DNA from: Pseudomonadota bacterium
Lineage (GTDB): Bacteria; Pseudomonadota; Alphaproteobacteria; Rickettsiales; RGZB01
Reading direction: 5' to 3'
NCBI GenBank assembly: GCA_010031735.1
Contig: RGZB01000002.1
Coordinates: forward strand, 2,580 to 66,579
DNA length: 64,000 nucleotides
Position 1 is the first letter of the stretch; every line of letters starts with the position of its first letter. Below, one piece after another: positions 19,221 to 27,938 of this stretch. The notes beneath the pieces were generated by a model. It saw only the letters and a program-made list of their open reading frames with translations, was not told the origin of the DNA and ran no database searches. The position numbers and the translations under genes were made by a program.

Positions 19221-19309
19221 TGGTGCTCGCGGTCGGAATCGAACCGACATGAGGTGTGAACCCCGAGGGATTTTAAGTCCCTTGCGTCTACCAGTTCCGC
19301 CACGCGAGC
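19221..19309 (-). tRNA. tRNA-Leu (anticodon UAA), CCA encoded
   Basis: Reverse complement GCTCGCG-TG-GCGGAACTGGTAGACGC-A-AGGGA-CTTAAAA-TCCCT-long variable arm-GTCGGTTCGATTCCGAC-CGCGAGC-A-CCA. The acceptor and anticodon stems pair, and the anticodon is TAA. Confidence 0.93.
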
Positions 19310-19418
19310 TTTCGTACTTCTGGTAATGTCCCTGTTTGATACCACTTGGGTGTGCAAAATCAACAACGATAAGCATTTATTTGCCCCAAAATGAAGGTTT
19401 TAGGGCGGTTTTTGGCAC

Positions 19419-19433
19419 TTAATCTTTTATTAA
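19419..19433. promoter_or_regulatory. Perfect TTAA-N7-TTAA (CtrA-type) box
   Basis: TTAATCTTTTATTAA(C). It lies 53 nt upstream of the ATG at 19487. Confidence 0.55.
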
Positions 19434-19486
19434 CCGTTATCGTGTACTCTTAAAGCGTGTACCTGTAATTACAACGCGAGTCAACG

Positions 19487-20197
19487 ATGGCATATTCGCA
19501 GGAAAATTGCATACTGCCCCGAGAGGTGCCCCGCTTAAAAACGGGAGACGCCCGCGCGACGCTGAAACGCGTGATGGGCAAACGCGTGATTTTACATACG
19601 CGCGGTGCGGATATCGCCACCACCCGTATCCTGACACTCGAGGAAGCCGCTGCCCAAGGCATCAAAGAAAAAAGCATCCTGGAACAGTACCGTGCCGGCG
19701 AACATTCCGGCTTCATCTCGTATGTGACCTGGAAGATCAACCCGCTCTGGCTTGATCGCGGTCAGCAGGATTTCGGCAAATGGCTGCAGGATGTACCGAT
19801 CCCGAGCCACCATATGCGCACCATCGCCGATGCGGTCCGCATGAACGCCATCGAGCGCATGGAATTCTTCATCGCCGGCTGTGTGAGCGATGAAGCGGTG
19901 ACACAAACCGATCTTAAGAAATATATCGCAGGACAATCGCCTTCCTTCCAGCAACTCTTCGCTGCGATTACGGCGTCGTGCTGCGTGCAGGAAACGGCAG
20001 AAGGCGGCCCGGAGAAAGTATTGTTCTGGGATACGGTCATCAACAAAGCGAAAGCGGAGGGCGCGCCGGATGAAATCGCCGCTTCGCGCCCGCTGCTGCA
20101 ACAAGACATTTCCCGCCTTGCCGGTGTCACCCCCGAATTTGTGCATCAACTGTTCAGGAAAGATCATGAGCTATATACGCCTCGCCAGGGTGATTAA
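19487..20197 (+). CDS. Hypothetical protein (ORFan), possible C-terminal HTH
   Basis: 236-aa ORF. The C-terminal QQDISRLAGVTPEFVHQLFRKD looks like a helix-turn-helix. No other recognisable family. Confidence 0.58.
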   Translation: MAYSQENCILPREVPRLKTGDARATLKRVMGKRVILHTRGADIATTRILTLEEAAAQGIKEKSILEQYRAGEHSGFISYVTWKINPLWLDRGQQDFGKWLQDVPIPSHHMRTIADAVRMNAIERMEFFIAGCVSDEAVTQTDLKKYIAGQSPSFQQLFAAITASCCVQETAEGGPEKVLFWDTVINKAKAEGAPDEIAASRPLLQQDISRLAGVTPEFVHQLFRKDHELYTPRQGD

Positions 20198-20687
20198 TAT
20201 TTTGCCGCTCGACGACGAATTGCTCGAGGCGATATATCAATCCTATCTCTCGACGTACCGTCTGAAACTGACGATGGAACAGATTTTTACGCCCGGGAAA
20301 ACCACCGGCACCATGGTCGATGAGCTGATCCGCTCGCGCGGCATGGCGGCCGACGGCAGCCTGGTTTCCTGGAGCGACGTGAGCCGTGCGCTCACTGAGT
20401 CTCCACCAAGACTGCTCGAGGTCGAGCCGCTTACCTACCGTCTGCTCGGAACCTTGATCGACAAGGCGATGGGCCGTGAGGTGGCAGAGGGCGAAGAACC
20501 GAGTATCTCGCGCCAGCGTGTCTCTGCATGGGTGACTCAAGGTGTCAGACCCGATGAGCGCATGCGCGCCGTGCTGTGGGACATCTTCAACGTGTTGCCG
20601 GAAGAACAGGCCGTGTACGACCAGGCACGCCCAGGCCCTTCGCAATACCGTTCGCAGGCCAAATCAACCGACTTTCCGAACCGCTAA
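20166..20687 (+). CDS. Hypothetical protein (ORFan), possible HTH
   Basis: The ORF track starts at 20070. I prefer the ATG at 20166 because AGGAAA lies 5 nt upstream. It overlaps the end of the previous ORF by 32 nt. SISRQRVSAWVTQGVRPDERM is HTH-like. Confidence 0.52.
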   Translation: MSYIRLARVINILPLDDELLEAIYQSYLSTYRLKLTMEQIFTPGKTTGTMVDELIRSRGMAADGSLVSWSDVSRALTESPPRLLEVEPLTYRLLGTLIDKAMGREVAEGEEPSISRQRVSAWVTQGVRPDERMRAVLWDIFNVLPEEQAVYDQARPGPSQYRSQAKSTDFPNR

Positions 20688-20689
20688 TC

Positions 20690-21133
20690 CTAAAACGGCT
20701 TCAAGACCACCAGAAGTACGATGCCGATCATCAGCACCGTCGGCACTTCGTTGAGGATGCGGTAGAAGCGCTCGGAGTGCGTATTCATGTCCTTCGCGAA
20801 ATAACGCCTGCTCCTTGCCATGATGCCATGGGAGGCGAACATCGCCACCAGCAGCGTGAGTTTTGCATGGAACCAGCCGAACTGCATCGCTCCCGTCGCG
20901 ATGATGAGTAATATGCCGGTAATCAGTGAAAGAACCATCGCAGGGTTGATGATGATGCGCAGCAACCGGCGCTCCATCACCTTGAAGGTCTCCGACATCT
21001 CCGAGCCTTTCTTGGTGCGGGTGTGGTACACGAACAGGCGCGGCAGATAGAACATGCCTGCCATCCACGCGATGACACAGATGAGATGGAGCGCTTTCAA
21101 AAGCAGATAGTGGTGTGCCAGAATCTCTTTCAT
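20690..21133 (-). CDS. hemJ: Protoporphyrinogen IX oxidase HemJ
   Basis: 147-aa, 4-TM ORF. LKALHLICVIAWMAGMFYLPRLFVYH...MERRL...INPAM...G.....G......W...KL.LV matches the HemJ (UPF0093) family. It lies downstream of hemH. Confidence 0.85.
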   Translation of the reverse strand: MKEILAHHYLLLKALHLICVIAWMAGMFYLPRLFVYHTRTKKGSEMSETFKVMERRLLRIIINPAMVLSLITGILLIIATGAMQFGWFHAKLTLLVAMFASHGIMARSRRYFAKDMNTHSERFYRILNEVPTVLMIGIVLLVVLKPF

Positions 21134-21191
21134 AGATACCTTCTTTTTCGTGAGGGTACTCTATCCTGACTTCGCGGCTTATGCCATCGCT

Positions 21192-22274
21192 TTATCGCGC
21201 GCGCATCGCACAGGCAGAAGCGGCGGCAGGGCAGGGCTTACCCCCGCAAGCATTCGCACACGTAGCGCGGCAGTCCTTTACACTTTGTACCAGGTGGGCA
21301 AGCGCGCCGATGAACGCTTTATCCGCGCCCAAGGCGGGTACGCGGAAGTAGTGTGCTGCCCCGTTCGCCTCGGCAAGCTCACGGTATTCGATATCGAGCT
21401 CGACCAGGGTTTCGCTGTGTTCGGAAACAAATGCGATCGGCACCACGACGATCGGCCGCTTTTCTTCGGCGGCACGGATGATCTCGGTGTCCGTCGCAGG
21501 TCCGATCCATTCCAGACGACCCACTTTGCTTTGATACGTCACGCGGTGATCAAGCCCCTTGATCGAAAGCGCGTCTACAACGGACTGCACGGTTTGTTCG
21601 ACCTGCCACTGGTACGGATCGCCGGCTTCGATTACCTTTTTCGGCAGGCCATGCGCCGAAAACAGGATGCGCGGGTTGCCGTAGCGCCGCGCCTTTTGGT
21701 ACACCGTGCGGATCGTTTCCGCATGGGCGTGCACGAAGGCCTTATCCGCATAATAACAACAGAGGCGCGTGGTCGGCACGGCAAGAGCGAGCTCGGCTGC
21801 AGCCTTATCCCATGCATCAAACGACGAACCCGTCGTGGTGGTCGAGAACTGGGGATAGAGCGGCAAAAGAACCACCCTGTCCGGTTGGTAGGCCTTCACC
21901 GCCTCGGCCGCTTCTTTCACAAACGGGTGCCAATAACGCATGCCGATGAACACCTCGAAACCGGCGCCCAATTTCTTCTGAAGCGCGGAGGCCTGTTTCT
22001 CGGTCAGCGGAAGAATGGGAGAGCCTCCACCCAGATGCGCATAGATGGCTTGCGCCTTTTTATCGCGCCCGCTTGAAATCAGTTTTGCGAGCATATACCG
22101 TAAGGGATTGGGTAGCGTAATGATCGCGGGGTCGTTGAATAAATTGAATAAAAAAGGCCTTACGCTTGAAGGCGAGTCGGGACCACCGAGATTGAAAAGC
22201 ACGACTGCGGTTTTACCTGAAGCCTTTACCGCTCGCATCGTTGGCGGTGGTGTTTTCTTCTGCTTCCTAGCCAC
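21192..22274 (-). CDS. hemH: Ferrochelatase
   Basis: 360-aa ORF. AVVLFNLGGPDSPSSVRPFLFNLFNDP, LLPLYPQFSTTTTGS, FSAHGLP and AFVSEHSETLVELD are ferrochelatase signatures. The start may be the internal ATG at 22238. Confidence 0.93.
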   Translation of the reverse strand: MARKQKKTPPPTMRAVKASGKTAVVLFNLGGPDSPSSVRPFLFNLFNDPAIITLPNPLRYMLAKLISSGRDKKAQAIYAHLGGGSPILPLTEKQASALQKKLGAGFEVFIGMRYWHPFVKEAAEAVKAYQPDRVVLLPLYPQFSTTTTGSSFDAWDKAAAELALAVPTTRLCCYYADKAFVHAHAETIRTVYQKARRYGNPRILFSAHGLPKKVIEAGDPYQWQVEQTVQSVVDALSIKGLDHRVTYQSKVGRLEWIGPATDTEIIRAAEEKRPIVVVPIAFVSEHSETLVELDIEYRELAEANGAAHYFRVPALGADKAFIGALAHLVQSVKDCRATCANACGGKPCPAAASACAMRAR

Positions 22275-23301
22275 GGATCGCCTTGATCATCGCTTCGACG
22301 TTCTCGATCGGCGTAGCGGGTAAAATGCCATGCCCCAGATTGAACACATGGGGGCCTTTCTTGAAATCCGTGAGTACTTTCACTGTTTCTTTGGCCACCG
22401 TTTTTTTATCGGTGAGCAAAATACACGGATCGAGATTGCCCTGCACCGGCAGGCGTGTCTGCAGCTTCTCCGCCGCCCATTGGCGTGGCACGGTGTAGTC
22501 GAGCCCGACCGCATCCGGTGCTACTTCTTTCACGAAATCCTTGTAGTATAATCCGGCACCGCGGGGGAAGCCGATGAACGGAACCTGCGGATAGATTTTT
22601 TTCACACGTTTCCTGATTTCCTTTGCGGGTTTTATCACCCATTCTTCAAAGGATTCTTCGGGTAAGACACCCGCCCATGAATCAAATAACTGCACCGCTT
22701 CGGCTCCAGCATCGATCTGCGCGATCAGATAGTCGCTTGTGACATCCACTAATAATTGCATCAGTTTCGAAAACAGTGCTTTATCCCCAAACATCATTTG
22801 TTTGGTATGCTCGTATTGCTTACTGGTTTTACCTTCGATCATATAGGTCGCGACCGTCCACGGGGCACCTGCAAATCCAATAAGCGCCGTATGCTTTGGT
22901 AAGCGGGATTTGGTCAGTTCGAGTGCTTCATACACCGGATTCAGATGCGCATGGAATCTCTTCGCTGACAGTGATTCGATGGCTTTCCTGGTGCGTACCG
23001 GATCTAGCACGGGACCTGTTTTTTCCAGATACTCCAGTTTCATCCCCAGCGCATGCGGTATCACCAGAATATCGGAGAATATAATCGCGGCATCGAAACC
23101 AAAGCGATCAATCGGCTGGAGTGTGACTTCGGATGCCAATTTCGGATTGTAACACAGATCGAGAAACTCACCTGCTTTTGCACGTACCTTACGGTATTCC
23201 GGCAAATATCTCCCGGCCTGACGCATCATCCATACCGGCGGTGTTTTCACTTTCTCACCTGCCAGCACTTTTAAAAACGGTTTATTCGAAGCTGTTTTCA
23301 T
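22267..23301 (-). CDS. hemE: Uroporphyrinogen decarboxylase
   Basis: The ORF runs to 23325. I prefer the ATG at 23301 because AAAGG lies 5 nt upstream. PPVWMMRQAGRYLPEYR, ...FDAAIIFSDILV... and ...NLGHGILP are HemE signatures. Confidence 0.94.
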   Translation of the reverse strand: MKTASNKPFLKVLAGEKVKTPPVWMMRQAGRYLPEYRKVRAKAGEFLDLCYNPKLASEVTLQPIDRFGFDAAIIFSDILVIPHALGMKLEYLEKTGPVLDPVRTRKAIESLSAKRFHAHLNPVYEALELTKSRLPKHTALIGFAGAPWTVATYMIEGKTSKQYEHTKQMMFGDKALFSKLMQLLVDVTSDYLIAQIDAGAEAVQLFDSWAGVLPEESFEEWVIKPAKEIRKRVKKIYPQVPFIGFPRGAGLYYKDFVKEVAPDAVGLDYTVPRQWAAEKLQTRLPVQGNLDPCILLTDKKTVAKETVKVLTDFKKGPHVFNLGHGILPATPIENVEAMIKAIRG

Positions 23302-23558
23302 GTGCCTTTTTCTTTCGTCAGGCAATCAACCATAAAACAGTGAGAGCGGCTACTACTAAATCAAATAAAAATAATTAATCTTTAAGACTAAGAGAGATTA
23401 TATTTGTAGATAGTCATTCCGAAAACGGTAATTCTTTTATCTTTCACAGTATGTCTGTAGGAAAAAGCCTGTGTATATTTTCTTGGGATGATTTGTAATA
23501 GAAATCCATATCATTGAAAAGCCGATACTAAATCCTGCAGGAAAATCCTACACAAGCC

Positions 23559-23581
23559 TGTGGACAACTATCTTATCCACC
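23559..23581. promoter_or_regulatory. Pair of one-mismatch DnaA boxes
   Basis: TGTGGACAA (reverse complement TTGTCCACA) and TTATCCACC, 5 nt apart, in inverted orientation. Confidence 0.55.
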
Positions 23582-23664
23582 GCTTTCACAGGTAGGGGAA
23601 AAAAGCGTGCACTTGGGGAAAAGGTATGTGACAAGTTTCGTAAACTATGGAATAACTATAACGC

Positions 23665-23691
23665 TGTGGAAAACCAATGCTTTTATCCACA
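23665..23691. promoter_or_regulatory. Pair of DnaA boxes including a perfect consensus TTATCCACA
   Basis: TGTGGAAAA (reverse complement TTTTCCACA) at 23665-23673 and TTATCCACA at 23683-23691. Confidence 0.65.
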
Positions 23692-23755
23692 GTATTTAAA
23701 TAAAGATACACAGCGAATCCACAACAACCTGTGTATAAAAAACCGCATAAACGAC

Positions 23756-24586
23756 ATGGAAAAGAAGCAATTTCACGTACATCTGGTATCAGACTCAACA
23801 GGTGAGACCGTGAGCAGCACCGCACGTTCGGTCTTTGCCCTTTTCGAAGACACGGAGCCGCAAGAACACCTCTGGTCACTTGTCCGTACCAAAGGACAGA
23901 TGGAACGCGTGGTCGAAGAGATCCGCGATAATCCCGGTATCGTACTCTATACTGTTGTAGAGGAAAAACTGCAGCAGATACTAAAAGACAGTTGCCGCGA
24001 GATGGGTATTCCCTGCGTTTCCGTTTTGACGCATGTGATCCAAGAGGTCGCTTCGTACCTTGGCATCAAGGAAAAAGCGAAAGCCGGCAAGCAGCACCAA
24101 CTCACCGAAGAATATTTCTCGCGCGTGGAAGCGATCAACTTCGCGCTCGAACATGATGATGGCATGAATACGGAAAATCTGGAACAAGCGGATATCGTGC
24201 TTGTCGGCCCGTCGCGCACGTCGAAAACGCCGACCTGCGTCTATCTCTCCTATCGCGGCTATTATGTCGCGAACGTGCCGCTGGTGAAAGACTGCCCGCT
24301 TCCGGACAACCTGTTCACGCTCAAAAAACCACTGGTGGTTGGGCTTATCATCAGCCCTGAACGTCTGGTGCTGATCCGCAAATCGCGTCTCGTCTCACTC
24401 AATGAAACACGCGAGACGGATTATGTGGATATGGCAGTGATCAAAGACGAGGTCGCCGATGCGCGTAAGATGTATGCCAAATACGAATGGCCGGTGATCG
24501 ATGTCACGCGCCGCTCAATCGAGGAGACGGTCGCGAACATTATCAATCTATACAATGAACGTAAGGGGAAAAAAGAGGGCGTATGA
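23756..24586 (+). CDS. Pyruvate,phosphate dikinase / PEP synthase regulatory protein-like (DUF299, RP001 homologue)
   Basis: The ORF track starts at 23666, which would run through the DnaA boxes. I prefer the ATG at 23756 (MEKKQFHVHLVSDSTGETV...). ADIVLVGPSRTSKTPTCVYLSYRGYYVANVPLV is the P-loop signature of the family. Confidence 0.85.
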   Translation: MEKKQFHVHLVSDSTGETVSSTARSVFALFEDTEPQEHLWSLVRTKGQMERVVEEIRDNPGIVLYTVVEEKLQQILKDSCREMGIPCVSVLTHVIQEVASYLGIKEKAKAGKQHQLTEEYFSRVEAINFALEHDDGMNTENLEQADIVLVGPSRTSKTPTCVYLSYRGYYVANVPLVKDCPLPDNLFTLKKPLVVGLIISPERLVLIRKSRLVSLNETRETDYVDMAVIKDEVADARKMYAKYEWPVIDVTRRSIEETVANIINLYNERKGKKEGV

Positions 24587-25458
24587 AAAAAGCCGCCGTC
24601 ATCGGCTCCCCCATCAGCCACTCGCTCTCGCCGCGCATCCATGGATTCTGGCTCGAGCAATACGGCATCGAAGGCAGCTATGATGCCGTTGAAGTGAAAC
24701 CAGAGCACCTGCAATCCTTCCTGCGCGCGCTCCCCGAGCAAGGATATGCCGGTGTCAACATCACCTTGCCGCATAAAGAAGAGGCAATGCGGTACGTCGA
24801 TGAAATCGAGCCGCTCTCGCGGCTACTCGGAGCGGTAAATACCGTCGTCGTGAAAGATGGCAAGCTGCTTGCCAGCAATACGGACCTGGGCGGCTTCTTC
24901 GAAAACATACACCAGCATGCACCGCTATTTCCCATGCATGGGGGTAAGGCAGTGGTGATCGGTGCCGGCGGCGCGGCGCGTGCGATCGTGATGGGTCTCC
25001 TCATATACGGTGTGCCGCAAGTGGTGATCGTGAACCGCACGGAAGAGCGCGCAGGCGCCATCAAACAAAGTATCGCCGCTGCGGCAAGCGACGGGCGTTT
25101 ATCCCGCATCGATTGGGAGAAGCTCGCCGAAAAAATCGTGATCAAGCCGTGGGCAGAGCGTGAATCGGTGCTCGTCGATGCGAACCTGCTCGTCAACACC
25201 ACGTCGCTTGGTATGAAAAACCAGCCGCCACTTGAGTTATCGCTCAAGAATCTCCCGATCACCGCGATGGTGACAGACATCGTCTACAACCCGCTCGAGA
25301 CCGAATTATTAAAGGCCGCGCGTACGCGCGGGAATACCGTTGTGGATGGGCTCGGGATGTTATTGCACCAGGCCGTGCCTGGCTTCGAGGCATGGTTTGG
25401 TGTCAAGCCCGAGGTGACCGAGAAACTCCGCATCCACGTGCTGAACGGCTATATATGA
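24583..25458 (+). CDS. aroE: Shikimate dehydrogenase
   Basis: 291-aa ORF. AVIGSPISHSLSPRIHGFW, GVNITLPHKE, GAVNT, NTD..G and VIGAGGAARA are AroE motifs. Confidence 0.92.
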   Translation: MKKAAVIGSPISHSLSPRIHGFWLEQYGIEGSYDAVEVKPEHLQSFLRALPEQGYAGVNITLPHKEEAMRYVDEIEPLSRLLGAVNTVVVKDGKLLASNTDLGGFFENIHQHAPLFPMHGGKAVVIGAGGAARAIVMGLLIYGVPQVVIVNRTEERAGAIKQSIAAAASDGRLSRIDWEKLAEKIVIKPWAERESVLVDANLLVNTTSLGMKNQPPLELSLKNLPITAMVTDIVYNPLETELLKAARTRGNTVVDGLGMLLHQAVPGFEAWFGVKPEVTEKLRIHVLNGYI

Positions 25459-26051
25459 TCACGATCGGGCTCACAGGGAATATCGGTACGGGCAAAAGCT
25501 TCACCGCGGCGATATTCGCCGAACTGGGGATCCCGGTGTTCAATGCCGATGATGCGGTGCATGCGCTCCTCAAAAAAGGCGGCGCCGGCGTGAAGCCGGT
25601 CGCAAAACTATTTCCAGACGTGGTGAAAGAAGGTGCGGTAGACCGAAAAGCTTTAGGCGCCATCGTGTTCAAAAACCCCACGAAGCGCAAGGCGCTCGAA
25701 ACCATCCTGCACCCACTGGTGCGTAAGGCAGAGGAAAAAGCGATCCGCGCTGCGCGGCTTAAAGGTAAACATATGATCGTGCTCGATATCCCGCTGCTAT
25801 TCGAGGCGGGTGGTTGGCGCAGGGTCGATGTCATTGTCGTGGTGAAGTCCTCCCCTTTCATCCAGAAGCGCCGTGTGCTCGCGCGAAAAGGTATGACCTT
25901 GAAACGCTTCCATGAGGTGCTCGAGACCCAATGGCCGAGCTATAAAAAAGAAAAGGGTGCGGACTTCGTGATCGACACGGGCGCGAGCAAGCGCGTGATC
26001 AAGGCGCAGATAAAAAAACTTATCGCTCATATGAAAGCGAAATATGTTTAA
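25455..26051 (+). CDS. coaE: Dephospho-CoA kinase
   Basis: The ATG at 25455 overlaps the aroE stop (ATATGA). MITIGLTGNIGTGKS (P-loop), ...FNADD...IVLDIPLLFE. The ORF-track start at 25392 is an upstream in-frame extension inside aroE. Confidence 0.9.
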   Translation: MITIGLTGNIGTGKSFTAAIFAELGIPVFNADDAVHALLKKGGAGVKPVAKLFPDVVKEGAVDRKALGAIVFKNPTKRKALETILHPLVRKAEEKAIRAARLKGKHMIVLDIPLLFEAGGWRRVDVIVVVKSSPFIQKRRVLARKGMTLKRFHEVLETQWPSYKKEKGADFVIDTGASKRVIKAQIKKLIAHMKAKYV

Positions 26052-27255
26052 AGACGGCATCACACTCAAAGAGCGTATCCCAGCGGAAGTGGTGACGATC
26101 GACATGGGCGATCAAACTCTGGAATGCTCTATGTTTCTGACCCAACAACTGCGTCCGGCAAAAGGTAAGCCGGAAAAGGTTGTGGGACATGAGATGGGCT
26201 ACGTATGGTTACTACATGCACATAGAGGTGATGAGAACACGATACCGGTGGCAGACGATGTCTATCTTATCCGAGCACTTGGATCGCGGCTTATCACCGC
26301 GCAGCGTGTTTTCAGATACTTAAGCGATGCGGCGACAGATATCGTTATCAATACCGATAGGGCACTCGATTACGGTGCGATCGACCTGGATGTGCATGTT
26401 GATACGTCCGTGCACATGGCGATGCTGGAGCGGTGCATGCCGAAGGTGAAGAATTCAACCTACAGTGCGGCAAGCCAGCAGATGCTCAAATGGAAACCCA
26501 TTGATCCGCGTGAGCACCAGCGTTACGTCTCTTCAGTGTTCCCAGATGCACAGAATCGTGCAAAAGTCATATTAAAAGGCGTGGTGCGCAGTCTAGATAA
26601 GGCAGAAAATCTCTGCGCAGAATCCATCCATGGGGATTTGAAGGATTGTATGTGGCGTATCCTGCAGGGACGGGGCAACAAGCACGCGATACCAGAACAT
26701 GCGCCCCATGACCCAGAAGGGCCGGAAGATGCTGAGAAGTATCTCGTTATGCACCGGAAGGGACTGAAGATCATCTTAAGGGATCTGGATAAACATCCAC
26801 TGATCAGTGCACTCGCCGCACTCAAGGCGCGAACGAGCGAGATCATAGAAAGCTTTGAAAAAATCGACGAGTTGGATCAGGATGTGCGCGCACAAATGCG
26901 TAGGCACCGACGCGCACTAGATACAGACGGCATGGCCTCGCATCTTGCAGGTGTACAACAGAAGCGGAGCCAAGGACTGAAGCGTGAAGCATATGATTTG
27001 ATCGTCTCTCTTACCACAGATGCGGTAAATCTTGAAGGGACGCTTGCCAGAGCGTATGAACTGCCTTACGTTCCTTTTACACCACCGGATACGGAGCGCA
27101 TGGATTATGGCGTTCGTAGAGCAGAGCACGGCGGGAAACTCGTGGTGGATTATCTGAAAGAGATATCTGCAGGATGTCTCTCTGCAGCGATGGTGCTATA
27201 CGATCAATTGGGGCCTGATTTGCCCCCCACAACCCCGCTTGGAGGCGGACGATGA
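26044..27255 (+). CDS. Hypothetical protein (ORFan) embedded between coaE and dnaQ
   Basis: 403-aa ORF. Its ATG overlaps the coaE stop by 8 nt (ATGTTTAA), and its stop overlaps the dnaQ ATG (ATGA). I recognise no family motif. Confidence 0.62.
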   Translation: MFKDGITLKERIPAEVVTIDMGDQTLECSMFLTQQLRPAKGKPEKVVGHEMGYVWLLHAHRGDENTIPVADDVYLIRALGSRLITAQRVFRYLSDAATDIVINTDRALDYGAIDLDVHVDTSVHMAMLERCMPKVKNSTYSAASQQMLKWKPIDPREHQRYVSSVFPDAQNRAKVILKGVVRSLDKAENLCAESIHGDLKDCMWRILQGRGNKHAIPEHAPHDPEGPEDAEKYLVMHRKGLKIILRDLDKHPLISALAALKARTSEIIESFEKIDELDQDVRAQMRRHRRALDTDGMASHLAGVQQKRSQGLKREAYDLIVSLTTDAVNLEGTLARAYELPYVPFTPPDTERMDYGVRRAEHGGKLVVDYLKEISAGCLSAAMVLYDQLGPDLPPTTPLGGGR

Positions 27256-27926
27256 GAGAAATAGCCCTCGATACCGAAACCACAGGATTAGACCCGCGCT
27301 CCGGCCACAAGATGATCGAGATCGGCTGCGTGGAGATGCACGGAAAAATCAAGACCGGGAAATTCTTCCATTGCTATTTGAATCCGGGCCGCGAGGTGCC
27401 GCTCGAGGCAACCGCCGTGCATGGCATCAAGACCGAGGATCTGTTGGATAAACCGACCTTCCTCGAGAAGGCGGATGAATTCCTCGCCTTCATCGGCGAC
27501 GCACCGCTCGTGATCCATAATGCGGCGTTCGATATGAAATTCATCAACCACGAACTGAAAAGCATCGGTAAAGCCGAACTGCCGATGCATACGGTGGTGG
27601 ATACGTTACTCATCGCCCGCGGCAAGTTCCCCGGCGCACCGGCAAGCCTGGACGCCCTCTGCAAGCGCTTCAATATCGATCTGTCGTCGCGCACCAAACA
27701 CGGCGCCCTCCTCGATGCGGGACTCCTTGCCGATATCTATCTGGAGCTGATGGGCGGAAGCCAGCAGGGCCTGAATCTCGCACCCGAAAATAAATCGACC
27801 GCGGATGCGGTAAACCAAGCGATGGCTGCGGTACTGGCACCCCGGACATACACCGTACCCGAAGACGAGCGTGCGACACACGAAGCGTTCCTGAAGCGCG
27901 TTAAAAACCCGCTCTGGACGGCGTAG
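27252..27926 (+). CDS. dnaQ: DNA polymerase III epsilon subunit (3'-5' exonuclease)
   Basis: 224-aa ORF. Exo I is REIALDTETTGLDP, Exo II is LVIHNAAFDMKFINHE, and Exo III is HGALLDAGLLADIYLEL. Confidence 0.93.
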   Translation: MREIALDTETTGLDPRSGHKMIEIGCVEMHGKIKTGKFFHCYLNPGREVPLEATAVHGIKTEDLLDKPTFLEKADEFLAFIGDAPLVIHNAAFDMKFINHELKSIGKAELPMHTVVDTLLIARGKFPGAPASLDALCKRFNIDLSSRTKHGALLDAGLLADIYLELMGGSQQGLNLAPENKSTADAVNQAMAAVLAPRTYTVPEDERATHEAFLKRVKNPLWTA

Positions 27927-27938
27927 AATCCTCGTGAT

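Larger units (their letters stand above)
23302..23755. other. Candidate chromosomal replication origin (oriC / Cori-type, hemE-proximal)
   Basis: This is a 454-nt non-coding gap between hemE and the DUF299 (RP001-like) gene. That is the position of the origin in Caulobacter and Rickettsia. It has an AT-rich tract at ~23355-23420. DnaA-box 9-mers are TGTGGACAA (23559), TTATCCACC (23573), TGTGGAAAA (23665), perfect TTATCCACA (23683), GAATCCACA (23715) and TGTGTATAA (23730). Core genes point away from this site on both sides. Confidence 0.7.

Noticed and set aside
18953-19252. 99-aa plus-strand ORF and 69-aa minus-strand ORF between the pyruvyl-transferase gene and tRNA-Leu
   Set aside because: The plus-strand ORF runs into the tRNA gene. 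Neither has an RBS or a recognisable motif. They are probably non-coding.
17561-20687. Genomic island integrated at tRNA-Leu (and likewise 55222-58926 at tRNA-Lys)
   Set aside because: There is no integrase, recombinase or transposase. I could find no direct repeat of either tRNA 3' end in the flanks, so the island hypothesis is unsupported by the sequence.
21150-22076. 308-aa plus-strand ORF opposite hemH. Similar long antisense ORFs lie opposite guaB (28888-30057), the MCP (35261-36214), sucD (45396-46226), sucB (49732-50478 and 50183-51061), yejE (59197-59943) and yejB (62215-63030).
   Set aside because: Each overlaps a confidently recognised gene on the other strand and has a skewed, motif-free composition. 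I treat them as non-coding shadows.
23375-23385. TTAA...TTAA pair inside the origin as a CtrA site
   Set aside because: The spacing is N3 (TTAATCTTTAA), not N7. I found no perfect TTAA-N7-TTAA in 23302-23755, so I do not claim CtrA control of this origin.
23666-23755. Upstream extension of the DUF299 gene (ORF-track start at 23666)
   Set aside because: It would translate through the DnaA-box cluster from a non-ATG start. The conserved family N-terminus (FHVHLVSDSTGET) begins right after the ATG at 23756.
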